This document shows, one piece after another, positions 13,536 through 27,601 of a DNA stretch of 64,000 nucleotides; position 1 is the first letter of the stretch, and each line of letters starts with the position of its first letter. The stretch lies in NCBI GenBank assembly GCA_964016885.1, contig OZ024742.1, positions 204,538,001 to 204,602,000 on the forward strand, in the 5' to 3' direction. The translations under genes and the position numbers were made by a program. Source of the stretch: Eledone cirrhosa (taxonomy: Eukaryota). Under the pieces are notes generated by a model, which saw only the letters and a list, made by a program, of their open reading frames with translations, was not told the DNA's origin and did no database searches.

Positions 13536-15104
13536 TTCTGTCCAATAGTCTATGTATTGTGTGGATGGCTGTGTGGATAAGTTGTTGATTTAAACACCCA
13601 CCAATAACTTTCCTATAAGCCACCAGAATCGTGTGGTATTTCTCAACAGTACACTTGAATGTGTGTGCTGTAATTTGTAGAATAGCAATAATAGTTGTTG
13701 TTGTAGTTGTTGTTATTGTTGTTGTTTAATCCTACTTCAATCTTGAACCAGCTGACCTATCTATCACTCAAAGCATTCCAACCGTAACCATCCCGTCTTT
13801 TTTCAATGTCACATAATCATGATGGAAGAGGTGAATGGTTTGAGGGAGATTTAGCTGATATTTCTAGCAGGCTCCCTCTTTGACTCGTTATATAGCAGTG
13901 GAGAAGGAAGAGGAGGAGGGGATGATGATGAGGAGGAGGAGGGGTGATGATGAGGAAGAAGAGGAGGAGGAGGAAGAGGATTGTGAGCATGTTGTGTTAC
14001 TGCAGTTGAACCACGTTGATGGCTGGACTGATAACCTATCTAGTAGGTGTAATAGGCAATGCTTATCAATGTTTTCACCTCATGAAACCTGTAGTAGATT
14101 CTAACACAGTATGATACTTTTAAATAAACGGGTCTCTCGGTGGGAAGAGAAAGAGAAAAAAAGATGAGAAATTAAAACCTCATCTTATTCGTCCGTTATA
14201 TGAAGATTTGAAGTCGGTGGATTACAATATCTTGCTCAAGGACACAACACGTTTCCCTCTCCGGGGATCGAACTTATAATCGTGAAACACCTGGCCTTGC
14301 ACCTTCCCTGAAATAAATCAATAACCACATGTAATATTTTCCTCCAAGAAACATCAGTAGTTCTGTCTACTATTCCTACCCAACCAATTTGTTTTGCCGC
14401 AAGCTGTTGTTGACCTCTTATTTAATCCATATCTCAGTATATTTCTGTTATATTCAACCTAAATATACCGAACTAGCTTTTTAACCATGTTCTTCATTTT
14501 GTACTCCAGTGAACAATAAACGTGAGCTAAACAAGTTGAAGGTTAGTTGTTTTTGGTTTGTTTTTGTTGTTGTTGTTTTTGTTTTGTTTTCTTTTTTGTT
14601 TTGTTTTTATACTCTTTTTTTTTTGCTATTTTTATCCTTCCAATTCAATTTGCAGTGAAGTGGAAAAAAAAGAAGAAAAAAGTAACCAATAAATAAATAA
14701 TCCGTTACGTCATCAAATGGGAACTTCCTCGGTTAATCGATCTGTTATGTGATTTTTTTTTTACCAATTCCCAGACAGTTTACTACTTCACAGTTTCTAT
14801 TCACATCCACACATTATCTCCTGTGTTTTCCCCACACAGATATATCCCGCCGCCATAAGAAATTAACCCATTTACTCACTTTGCAAAAATCCAATTGCTT
14901 TTTAATATTTCAAAAATATATTGAAAAGGAAGACTCCTGATAAATGTCGCAGAGCAAACGATGTAATCTCGATTCAAACCGAAACTTTGGGGGTTCAAAT
15001 AGATTCAGAGTCTTTACTTTGCTAATGACCCCAACTCATATATATCACCTATTCTATTTTGTTATTTTTCAAAATAATGAATAAAGAAAGAATTATTATT
15101 TTTA

Positions 15105-16165
15105 GATGTGGTGGACTGGCAGAATCATTAGAGCGATGGACAACATGCTTTGCGGCATATAGTTACGGCTCTTTACGTTCTCATTTCAAATCCCGCTGAG
15201 GTTAGCTTTGCTTTTCATCCTTATAGGGTCGATAAAATAAAGTACCAGTAATGTACTGGGTCGACTTTCCTCTCCCTCAAAATTGTTGGCCTTGTATCTA
15301 TAGTAGAAATCATTATTTTTGAAAATAATAAATAAAAAATTATTTTACAAACGAGGTTGATAAAATAAAGTACCAATAATAAACTGGGATCAATTTCATC
15401 TTTAAGAGGTCGAAAAAATAAAGTACTAGTAACGCACTAGGGTTAATTTAATCGACTTTCCCCTTCCCTTCAAATTGCTGGCCTTGTGCCAAAATTATAA
15501 ACATTATCATTTTTCAAACGCGGTTGACTGGATGAATCGTTAGAGCGGTTGATAAAATATTTAGCGACATTAATTACGGTTCTTTACTTTCTGATTTCAA
15601 ATCCCAACAAAGTGTACTTTGCTTTTCAACCTTCTGGGGATCGATAAAATAAAATATCCCAAGTACTGGAGTCGATTTAATCGATTTTCCCTCCCCACAA
15701 AATTGCTGGCTTTATTGCCTAAATTAGAAACCATTATTATTTAATTTTAAGGGCGGTGGATTGGCAGTATCGGTAGAGGGTCAGACGCCATGCTTTGCAG
15801 CAAAGAATTACGACCCTTTATGGTCTGAATTCAAATCCCGCCGAGGTTAACTTTGCCTTTCATCCTTACGGGGTCGATAAAATAAAGTACCAGTAATACA
15901 CTAGGATAATTGCTGGCCTTGTGCCAAAAGTAGAAACAATTATTATTTATTTTTAAGGGCAGTAGATGGGCAGGATCGGTAGAACAGGAAATCCTGCTTC
16001 GTGGCACAGAGTTACGGCCTTTTACGTTATGAGTTCAAATCCCACCGAAGTTAGCTTTGCTTTTTATCCTTACGAGGTCGATAAAATAAAGTACTAGTAA
16101 CGCACAGGGGTCAATTTAATCGAGTTTCTCCTCTCCTAAAATTGTTGGCATGTGCCTAAAATCAA
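15105..16165 (+). mobile_element. stack of 5-6 head-to-tail family A SINE copies
   Basis: Core GTCGATAAAATAAAGTAC and tail AGAAAC-ATTATT recur at ~15230, 15410, 15640, 15875 and 16080. Confidence 0.88.
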
Positions 16166-17952
16166 ATGATTATTATTTATTTTCATTTAAAAGCTATTGC
16201 CAATTTAACCAAACAGAAATTATATAGTACCTCCTTATGTTACATATCTTTAGGGAATAGTCTGAGCCAGAACAAAACAAATGCAACGCTGTTAAAGAGA
16301 TACAAACTGATGACATTTCAGTTGTTATGTTAACTTCCTAACCACTCTGAGATAGGTACATAATATCTGAGACATGTGGAAACCCATGAGATTAGGGACT
16401 ACCTAACTCCCATGCTGTACATTATTCACATGAAACAGAATCACAACTGTGACATGCATTTTATTGGAGAGAACACGTGATATCACACATTGTAAATTAC
16501 TTTTCTTTTCACCGTCCCTTAAAATCTCTGAAGTTTAGAAGTGGGGAGAAATGGGAAACTAAAGCATTCATGCTTTTCCCAAAGATTTAGTCCCACTGTA
16601 TGGCATCTTAGACCAGTATCTTAACCATAGCTTCAAGTCAACCCAAGATTTCTTAGTGAAATTAGGTAGGCGAAAACTTTGTGAAAGTCTGTGAGATGGA
16701 TAGTACCGGTAATTTATTGTGTTATGCTGATTCTGTTTGGGAATTCTGTTATGTGTTTGTGGAATACTCAGCCACTTACAAGTTAAGTCACATGCTGGAC
16801 GTTCAGTTAATAGAAAAACTGAATGTTTGTCGCGCAAACCGACGGAGGATCTATCAATATCATCAAAACATAGCCCACGTTAGAATATTGACTGTTTAAC
16901 AGTGGATAATTAAATCTAAAAGACGCAAACTCTTATTACAATCTGTCATGTCTGACTTCAAAAGATTCTGAGAATTTCGCATAAATAAAAAATAAAGCTT
17001 TATAAATTATATAAACATCAGAAATTCTTCCGATTGCTCAACATCTATAGATCTGAGGCCTGCGTATGAAATGTAGGGAAGTAGTTATTAGATTGTAGGT
17101 TTGCCGACGTTTCTACGTATCCTTGACACATTGTACTCTGTCACACCGATCTAATCTATCAGTGTTGTTCTGTAGAAACGTGGTTAATAAGCCACGTGTA
17201 CTGAAGATCAGAGTTTGTCCGATAACACTTCAAAGCTATCAGTTTCTCTATATTGGAAAAACAACAAAAACCTACGTTAAATTGCTTTCTGAATTCTCTT
17301 CATCTTTTCTTCAGAATATTTCTGACATTATCCAACCTTCTCAACTCAACTTCGTCTTCCAACATACAAGAAATAATCAATTACTTTCCACCAAGAAATA
17401 AGAATATTTACCAAAACTAATTATTTATATATATATATATGCAAATACATATACGCATTGAGTTCTACTCCAATATCCACACCCTCACATATACATACAT
17501 ATGTACGTATGCATGCATGTATACAATCGTATGTACGTACGCATGCATGCATGTATGTATATATATGTGTGTGTGTGTGTGTGTGTTCTCATTCAGGATA
17601 GACATAGAAATAAGTATCAAACATATGAATGTTTGAGTATTTCAGACACGAGTACCCTTAATGTAATTTCCAAGCCGAATCAATGGAATAAGTCTGGACC
17701 TTTGAATTACAGGTAGAAACAACCAGACATGTTATCACAGAGTTACCGTCTATCTGATTTCCTGATTTATCTCTCACGGCCGGTGTCGACCTGCGGCTAT
17801 GGTAAATGAACCTTATCTAAGAATCCCCGTATTGGGAGACAACCAGTGACCTCATTGGGGTGAGACGAACTTCTTAATCATTCCACCAATCCTGAATCAA
17901 CTTATATATACATAACACTTAAATGACACTGGTGTAGCGTTACAAAAGATAG

Positions 17953-18013
<61 letters not shown>

Positions 18014-18452
18014 ACATCCACCCACCCCCCATACACACACACATCCACACACACGAGAGTCGGCTGAAATGTTCATGGGATGACCAAATGAGGTTTGTCT
18101 TTCAACATAGTCCCTGGATGGAAACAATACATTTATTAATGAGAAGAGTTAAAATTAATATGCATGCAAGATTTCAAAGCCTAGCATCACTCACTCCTTC
18201 ATAGTCAGCCTATGGACTTTTCAACCCACCCTCGTGTATATATATATATATATATGTAGATAAATCTACCAAAAGTTTACGGTAGTGTCCAATCCGTATG
18301 AAGAACTCAATGTAATCCGGATATCATGGAAAGAAGAGATGCATTCAAAAATCACTTTCGGTGAAAGATAAACGGAATACAGAGTCAAGATAAAATATTA
18401 AAAAAATAATGAATAAAACAAAGAAACAGTTCCTTATATTAAACAAAAAAAG

Positions 18453-18595
18453 TTCATTATTTAACGATCGTTTCTAGGACATATATGTGTTAGAATTAGC
18501 ATGCATATTCAAAAGATCTATGTACAAAATTATACAAACTATCAAGGAGAATATACATACCATCACATATATATGCTGTCTTCAGAAATAATGAA
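18453..18595 (-). ncRNA. type I hammerhead ribozyme (mirror of 27405-27547)
   Basis: Reverse complement has CUGAAGA ... GAAA-CGAUCG-UU with a 10-bp stem I. Confidence 0.8.
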
Positions 18596-19444
18596 GTATA
18601 TTTATTGATAATAACAACAATTCAAAATTACAGGTCTGTTTGGGAACAGATTTTAAATAGACCAATGAAATACATAAAAATTCATCAAGAAAATACAGTC
18701 AGGTGTGTGTATATATGTAAGTAAATTCGTTCACAGATATGCATAAAAATGTATGTTCACATGCATACGTATGTCGAAAAAGTGTATGTAAATATAAAAA
18801 TTTAGGGCTAATGTATCTGTATGTTTATAATCTACAGACAAAATATACATACATATACATATATACACACATATACATACATATATACACACATATACAT
18901 ACATTCATACACACACACGCATATATACATAAACACACACATACCTACGAACACACACATATATACACACACACACATACGTATATATTATTATTATAAC
19001 TATATGGATATTGAGGCGCACACATAAACACGGCCACACACACTTACATTTAGATGCAGAATTAAAAGGAGGTAAGGGAGTAAGTAATTAAAAGAGAGTG
19101 TCAAACTCAGCATATTTATAAAAATGTATCTATAAAGTTAGAAATAAAAAAAAAATTTTATAGAAGGAAAAAACTTAAAAACAGGGGAACAAAAAATAAG
19201 GGGGGGGTACGTACGTACACAGACGCGAATGTCTCACAAAAGAAATATAACGAAAACATAAAAAAACATAAAAGAGAGACATAAAATATACATGCTTATA
19301 TACATACGCACATTTACACATCCATACGTTCGATACATACATACGTACACACACACACATACACATACTTAACCTCACGCATATTAACCTGTTTGTATGC
19401 ATATACATAAAAACAAGTAAAATATACTCATACATATAAATACA

Positions 19445-19496
<52 letters not shown>

Positions 19497-19722
19497 CACA
19501 TACACACAACACACATATATACATATATGTACACACACATACACACATACATACACATACATATATATATATATATACATATATATATACACACATATAT
19601 ATACACACATATATACACACACACATACATATATATACATACACACACACATACCCATGTATATATACACACAACCACACACACACACACACTCAGACAT
19701 ACATAAATATAGAGACATACAT

Positions 19723-19799
<77 letters not shown>

Positions 19800-19956
19800 A
19801 AATAAATACACACAGTCAGACACTTATGCACATATATACACATACATACACACATCTCTACAAATACATATACATACACATACATACATACACATATATA
19901 TACATATATAAGGGAAAGAATTGGGAGTGTGTAACACTCCACTTATCAAATAGGCA

Positions 19957-19992
<36 letters not shown>

Positions 19993-21111
19993 TCATACAC
20001 ACATATTTACATGCGCACATATGTATTTTTATACTCACATACAAACACACAAACATACATACTTACATACACATACATACATCCACGCTTACAAATACTA
20101 ATAATTATTGGGGGGGGGATTAAAATTATTAGTGGGAAATAGTAAATATAGGTTTCAAGGAACATAGAATATTAATCTGCATTTAAATCATAATATGTGT
20201 TTACATAGTAGTGTCAGTATTAGGAAATGGTATTTGTAAGAAAGAAGGCTAAATTATGTATTTTAATAAAAGTAGACTATTAATTATAGGTTAATTAAAG
20301 TAAAAATAGTTAATATATTAATTTCTAAGGTGTATACTACTTAGGTTTATAATATTTAAAGCGGAATTTTGAAGTTAAACAGTAGTAGAGTATTAATTAT
20401 AGCATAACTAAATTAAAAATATTAACATGATGGTATCAATTTTAGGAAATGAATTTTGTAATAGGGAAAGCCAAATTAAGTATTTCATCGGTAGTAGAAT
20501 ATTAATTATAGGTTAACTAAATTAAAAATTATATATTAATTTCTATAGTATATGTTAATTAGGTTTATAATAATTAAAGCAAAATTTTGTATTTTATCTA
20601 TAGTAGAATATAATTATAGGTTAAGTAAATTAAAATTAATCTATATATTTATTTGTAAAGAATATATTAATTAGGTAAATATTTAAAAGTGTTTCTCAGT
20701 TTATGATTACACGATATTCTGCAATCCATCTGTATTAGAATTTTAATTTTAAGCTAACTAAATTAAAATTATAGGTTAACTAAATTAAAATTAATTTATG
20801 AATTAATTTTAATTAAAAATATTAATTAGGTTTATAATATTAAAAAGTATTTCTCTGTTATTAATTACACGATATTTTGTTATATTTCATCTGTAAAGGA
20901 ATTTTAATAAAAGGTTAAATAAACTAAAATTAATCTATATATTAATTTCCAAAGTATATATTAATTATGTTAATAATATTTAAAAGTTTTTCACAGTTTA
21001 TGATTATACGATATTTTTTAATTTCATCTGTAGTAGAATTTTAATTAAATTAAAATTATAGGTTAACTACATTTAAATTAATTTATATATCAATTTCTAA
21101 AATATATATTA

Positions 21112-22493
21112 TTAATTAGGTTTATAATATTTAAATGTTTTTCTCAGTTTATGATTACACGATATAATTAATTCCTGTCGCTCATTTAATAGGATATCCT
21201 TAGATTTCATTATTTCAAATAGTTCTTGGGAACACAATCTACATTCATTTCTATTATTTTGATAAGGGGTGGCTCTTTTGAGCACACTCCAGGTCATATC
21301 ATATTCTATATTCTTATTTCTATAACTATTAATTTGTTCTGCTAGAGATGTTGTATTAGCCAGTGCGGCATTTTTAAAACTATGTTTGTGGGTATTAAAC
21401 CTTACCTTAAAATTGTTAGAAGTAGCTCCTATATATGAGCAAATAGAATCTTTAGTTTTAACTTTACATTTATAAACTATGTTATTAACAAGACAATTTC
21501 CTTTTAATGGGCAGTTTGCTTTGTTTCTACAGTTACAACCTTTCGTTAATTCTGTATTTGAGGAGATATTATGGTTAGTTTGATGTATTGGTGGTATACT
21601 TATGGTTTTTTTACATGTATATGCATTATAGGCACTTATATTTTGTTTTATGTTTTTGGTTGTTGAGTATGATAATTTAACTGTTGATCTATTTAAGATT
21701 TGATGGTATTTGTGGTTTGGCGGGAAGTTTTTCTCTAGGATATTAAAAATTTTTTTAGCTATATTATCCTTAATTTGTAAATTAAATGGAGCATTATACC
21801 AAGTAACTCGTCTATTACGGTTTCTATGTTGTTTATTGTTTTTATAGGATGCATCGTGATGTTTACTAGGAGGATTAATGTTAATGACCTCAGCACGCAC
21901 ATTTTTAGTTAGATTTATTGATTTAGGTGTTTTAGCTTGTTTATTAGGAGTTTTATTATTAACATTTATTAGAGTTGTATGATGAGTAGTTTTTTGAGAG
22001 TTACTATACTTTATATTAGAGGAGTTAGAGAAATTTGGTTTATGTTGGTATTTTGGGGTATAGTGTGAGTGGCATTTAGGTGTGTACTTTTCATTTGGTG
22101 TTTGTTGGTAATATTAGGTTGTATGTTTATAGTGTTATTAGTAGAAGGTATATATTCCAATCTATTTTTGTGGCCACTTCTATCTAGAGCTTCGTTATAG
22201 AAGATCGCATTTTTATCAAATACATCTTGGTTAGACGAAAGGTTAGAAATTCTAAGTGATATATTATATGCAAGGTTTTTAAGGATAGATTTAGGGTGAT
22301 TAGATTGTGAGTGTATGTAGTGTAAGTTTTGGTTGGGTTTATGGTAAGGTTGGTAGATACCCGTAGCTAAGTCTAAAGTTATATCTAGGAAATTAACTAC
22401 TTTACTTGTGTTTTCAAAAGTAATATGAAGACTATAATAGTCTTTAAGGAAAGTTCTAATAAGCTTTTTGTTTTTTTCTATTTCTGAGAGGCT
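21112..22493 (-). pseudogene. 5'-truncated PLE ORF (RT thumb, linker and GIY-YIG endonuclease)
   Basis: Nearly identical to 23611-24992. It has one 1-nt deletion near 22040. Confidence 0.92.
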
Positions 22494-22549
22494 TTTTGTT
22501 TTTTTCTATTTCTGAGAGGCTCTTTCTCTTGTCCATTATCCATATCACA

Positions 22550-24992
22550 ATGGAAAAACAATACTTGGGAACTTCTTTAAAGAATATACCAATACCTTCT
22601 AAGGATGACTTCTTACTCCTTATGATACAGAAAACTAACCAATTTATCAGAAGAGTTAGATGGAGGGCCTACCACTTCGATAAAAAATCTAAATATACAG
22701 ATAGGAAATATATGTATTATTTCACTACTTACAAGAATCCACCACACAACTCTCTACTTGAAGACTTTGAGAAAGACCTTTTTAATTTAATTAAACACCT
22801 CAAATTTAAGAAGTATAAATCTATCTTTCAAAAGGACCTTGATTCCACCCTATTGGACCTAAAAAAGTCTAAAAAAATCCATGTCCACTCGGACAAAACT
22901 GGAAACTTATATCACATGGATGTTGAAAATTACAATGAGTTCATATATAAAGAACTCAGGAAAAATTATAGAAAAACTAATAATGCGTCACTCACCAACA
23001 TCAACAACAAAACACACAACATAGTGAATAAACTAAATATTGAAGATAGAACTGAACCTTTGGCATTGAAAAGACCACACTTCAACCTGAAAGATCATAA
23101 ATCAAACTTTAACTCTATAAGACTTATATGTCCCTCCAAATCGGATATTGGAATAATTAGCAAAAAAACTTTGGATAGAGTCATCCCACAAATAAGAAAA
23201 CATGTTAATTTACCACTCTGGGAAAACACTTCCCAGGTAATTAACTGGTTTAAAAATATTAGATGTAAATCTTCTGCTTCATTTCTACAATTTGATATAG
23301 ATAATTACTATTCTTCTATATCACCTATACTCCTGAACAAAGCTTTGATATTTGCTAAAAATAGATCTAACTTAACTTTGGATGACATTAATATTATTAC
23401 ACATGCTAGACTAACACTTATTGAATTTCAGAATGAATACTGGACCAGAAACACATATAGTAATCTATTTGATATTACTATGGGTTCAAGCGATTCTGCC
23501 CAATTACTGATCTTGTGGGCCTCTTTCTTCTTTTTAACATAAATGCTTCCTTTCCCCACATTAAAGGTGGTTTATATCGTGATGACTGTCTTCTTCTTTC
23601 CAACAACCTTAGCCTCTCAGAAATAGAAAAAACAAAAAGCTTATTAGAACTTTCCTTAAAGACTATTATAGTCTTCATATTACTTTTGAAAACACAAGTA
23701 AAGTAGTTAATTTCCTAGATATAACTTTAGACTTAGCTATGGGTATCTACCAACCTTACCATAAACCCAACCAAAACTTACACTACATACACTCACAATC
23801 TAATCACCCTAAATCTATCCTTAAAAACCTTGCATATAATATATCACTTAGAATTTCTAACCTTTCGTCTAACCAAGATGTATTTGATAAAAATGCGACC
23901 TTCTATAACGAAGCTCTAGATAGAAGTGGCCACAAAAATAGATTGGAATATATACCTTCTACTAATAACACTATAAACATACAACCTAATATTACCAACA
24001 AACACCAAATGAAAAGTACACACCTAAATGCCACTCACACTATACCCCAAAATACCAACATAAAACCAAATTTCTCTAACTCCTCTAATATAAAGTATAG
24101 TAACTCTCAAAAAACTACTCATCATACAACTCTAATAAATGTTAATAATAAAACTCCTAATAAACAAGCTAAAACACCTAAATCAATAAACCTAACTAAA
24201 AATGTGCGTGGTGAGGTCATTAACATTAATCCTCCTAGTAAACATCACGATGCATCCTATAAAAACAATAAACAACATAGAAACCGTAATAGACGAGTTA
24301 CTTGGTATAATGCTCCATTTAATTTACAAATTAAGGATAATATAGCTAAAAAAATTTTTAATATCCTAGAGAAAAACTTCCCGCCAAACCACAAATACCA
24401 TCAAATCTTAAATAGATCAACAGTTAAATTATCATACTCAACAACCAAAAACATAAAACAAAATATAAGTGCCTATAATGCATATAAATGTAAAAAAACC
24501 ATAAGTATACCACCAATACATCAAACTAACCATAATATCTCCTCAAATACAGAATTAAGGAAAGGTTGTAACTGTAGAAACAAAGCAAACTGCCCATTAA
24601 AAGGAAATTGTCTTGTTAATAACATAGTTTATAAATGTAAAGTTAAAACTAAAGATTCTATTTGCTCATATATAGGAGCTACTTCTAACAATTTTAAGGT
24701 AAGGTTTAATACCCACAAACATAGTTTTAAAAATGCCGCACTGGCTAATACAACATCTCTAGCAGAAAAAATTAATAGTTATAGAAATAAGAATATAGAA
24801 TATGATATGACCTGGAGTGTGCTCAAAAGAGCCACCCCTTATCAAAATAATAGAAATGAATGTAGATTGTGTTCCCAAGAACTATTTGAAATAATGAAAT
24901 CTAAGGATATCCTATTAAATGAGCGACAGGAATTAATTATATCGTGTAATCATAAACTGAGAAAAACATTTAAATATTATAAACCTAATTAA
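22550..24992 (+). CDS. PLE polyprotein: reverse transcriptase plus C-terminal GIY-YIG endonuclease (~814 aa when two 1-nt frameshifts near 23503 and 23630 are repaired)
   Basis: Starts MEKQYLGTSLKNIPIP. RT motifs QFDIDNYYSSI, ITMGSSDSAQ, GLYRDD, VNFLDITLDL. Linker CNCRNKANCPLKGNC. Endonuclease NIVY..YIG..FKVRFNTH, CRLC..E, LNERQE..C.H. Confidence 0.93.
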
Positions 24993-25900
24993 TAATATAT
25001 ATTTTAGAAATTGATATATAAATTAATTTAAATGTAGTTAACCTATAATTTTAATTTAATTAAAATTCTACTACAGATGAAATTAAAAAATATCGTATAA
25101 TCATAAACTGTGAAAAACTTTTAAATATTATTAACATAATTAATATATACTTTGGAAATTAATATATAGATTAATTTTAGTTTATTTAACCTTTTATTAA
25201 AATTCCTTTACAGATGAAATATAACAAAATATCGAGGTAATTAATAACAGAGAAATACTTTTTAATATTATAAACCTAATTAATATACAATTTAGAAATT
25301 AATTTATGAATTAATTTTAATTTAGTTAACCTATAATTTTAATTTAGTTAGCTTAAAATTAAAATTCTAATACAGATGGATTGCAGAATATCGTGTAATC
25401 ATAAACTGAGAAAAACTTTTAAATATATACCTAATTAATATATTCTTTACAAATAAATATATAGATTAATTTTAATTTAGTTAACCTATAATTATATTCT
25501 ACTATAGATAAAATACAAAATTTTGCTTTAATTATTATAAACCTAATTAACATATACTATAGAAATTAATATATAATTTTTAATTTAGTTAACCTATAAT
25601 TAATATTCTACTACCGATGAAATACTTAATTTGGCTTTCCCTATTACAAAATTCATTTCCTAAAATTGATACCATCATGTTAATATTTTTAATTTAGTTA
25701 TGCTATAATTAATACTCTACTACTGTTTAACTTCAAAATTCCGCTTTAAATATTATAAACCTAAGTAGTATACACCTTAGAAATTAATATATTAACTATT
25801 TTTACTTTAATTAACCTATAATTAATAGTCTACTTATATTAAAATACATAATTTAGCCTTCTTTCTTACAAATACCATTTCCTAATACTGACACTACTAT
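24938..25900 (+). repeat. degenerate 115-160-bp tandem array in the PLE 3' UTR, seeded by the ORF's last codons (mirror at ~20200-21165)
   Basis: ATATCGTGTAATCATAAACTGAGAAAAAC-like starts at ~24938, 25090, 25229 and 25388, with shorter units after. Confidence 0.82.
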
Positions 25901-26118
25901 GTAAACACATATTATGATTTAAATGCAGATTAATATTCTATGTTCCTTGAAACCTATATTTACTATTTCCCACTAATAATTTTAATCCCCCCCCCCCAAT
26001 AATTATTCGTATTTGTAAGCGTGGATGTATGTATGTGTATGTAAGTATGTATGTATGTTTGTGTGTTTGTATGTGAGTATAAAAATACATATGTGCGCAT
26101 GTAAATATGTGTGTATGA

Positions 26119-26154
<36 letters not shown>

Positions 26155-26316
26155 TGCCTATTTGATAAGTGGAGTGTTACACACTCTCAATTCTCTCCCT
26201 TATATATGTATATATATGTGTATGTATGTATGTGTATGTATATGTATTTGTAGAGATGTGTGTATGTATGTGTATATATGTGCATAAGTGTCTGACTGTG
26301 TGTATCTATTTATTGT

Positions 26317-26354
<38 letters not shown>

Positions 26355-26417
26355 ATGTGTGTGTGTATGTATATATATGTATGTGTGTGTGTATATATGT
26401 GTGTATATATATGTGTG

Positions 26418-26448
<31 letters not shown>

Positions 26449-26508
26449 GTATGTGTATGTATGTGTGTATGTGTGTGTACATATATGTATATATGTGTGT
26501 TGTGTGTA

Positions 26509-26541
<33 letters not shown>

Positions 26542-27404
26542 CGGTGTTTATTTATATGTATGAGTATATGTTTTACTTGTTTTTATGTATATGCATACAA
26601 ACAGGTTAATATGCGTGAGGTTAAGTATGTGTATGTGTGTGTGTGTACGTATGTATGTATCGAACGTATGGATGTGTAAATGTGCGTATGTATATAAGCA
26701 TGTATATTTTATGTCTCTCGTTTATGTTTTTTTATGTTTTTGTTATATTTCTTTTGTGAGACATTCGCGTCTGTGTATGTACGTACCTCCCCGCCCCCTT
26801 ATTTTTTGTTCCCCTGTTTTTAAGTTTTTTCCTTCTATAAAGAATTTTTTTTTTATTTCTAACTTTATAGATACATTTTTATAAATATGCTGAGTTTGAC
26901 ACTCTCTTTTAATTACTTACTCCCTTACCTCCTTTTAATTCTGCATCTAAATGTAAGTGTGTGTGGCCGTGTTTATGTGTGCGCCTCAATATCCATATAG
27001 TTATAATAATAATATATACGTATGTGTGTGTGTGTATATATGTGTGTGTTCGTAGGTATGTGTGTGTTTATGTATATATGCGTGTGTGTGTATGAATGTA
27101 TGTATATGTGTGTATATATGTATGTATATGTGTGTATATATGTATATGTATGTATATTTTGTCTGTAGATTATAAACATACAGATACATTAGCCCTAAAT
27201 TTTTATATTTACATACACTTTTTCGACATGCGTATGCATGTGAACATACATTTTTATGCATATCTGTGAACGAATTTACTTACATATATACACACACCTG
27301 ACTGTATTTTCTTGATGAATTTTTATGTATTTCATTGGTCTATTTAAAATCTGTTCCCAAACAGACCTGTAATTTTGAATTGTTGTTATTATCAATAAAT
27401 ATAC

Positions 27405-27547
27405 TTCATTATTTCTGAAGACAGCATATATATGTGATGGTATGTATATTCTCCTTGATAGTTTGTATAATTTTGTACATAGATCTTTTGAATATGCATG
27501 CTAATTCTAACACATATATGTCCTAGAAACGATCGTTAAATAATGAA
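27405..27547 (+). ncRNA. type I hammerhead ribozyme with ~104-nt stem II region
   Basis: TTCATTATTT / CTGAAGA (27415) / stem II / GAAA (27526) / CGATCG / TT / AAATAATGAA. Confidence 0.8.
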
Positions 27548-27601
27548 CTTTTTTTGTTTAATATAAGGAACTGTTTCTTTGTTTTATTCATTATTTTTTT
27601 A

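Noticed and set aside
13880-14104. Acidic ORF
   Set aside because: It derives from a (GAG/GAT)n tract with no domain or splice support.
17270-17400. Possible minus-strand exon ending at a GTAGGT donor
   Set aside because: No convincing acceptor, an in-frame stop and no recognisable homology.
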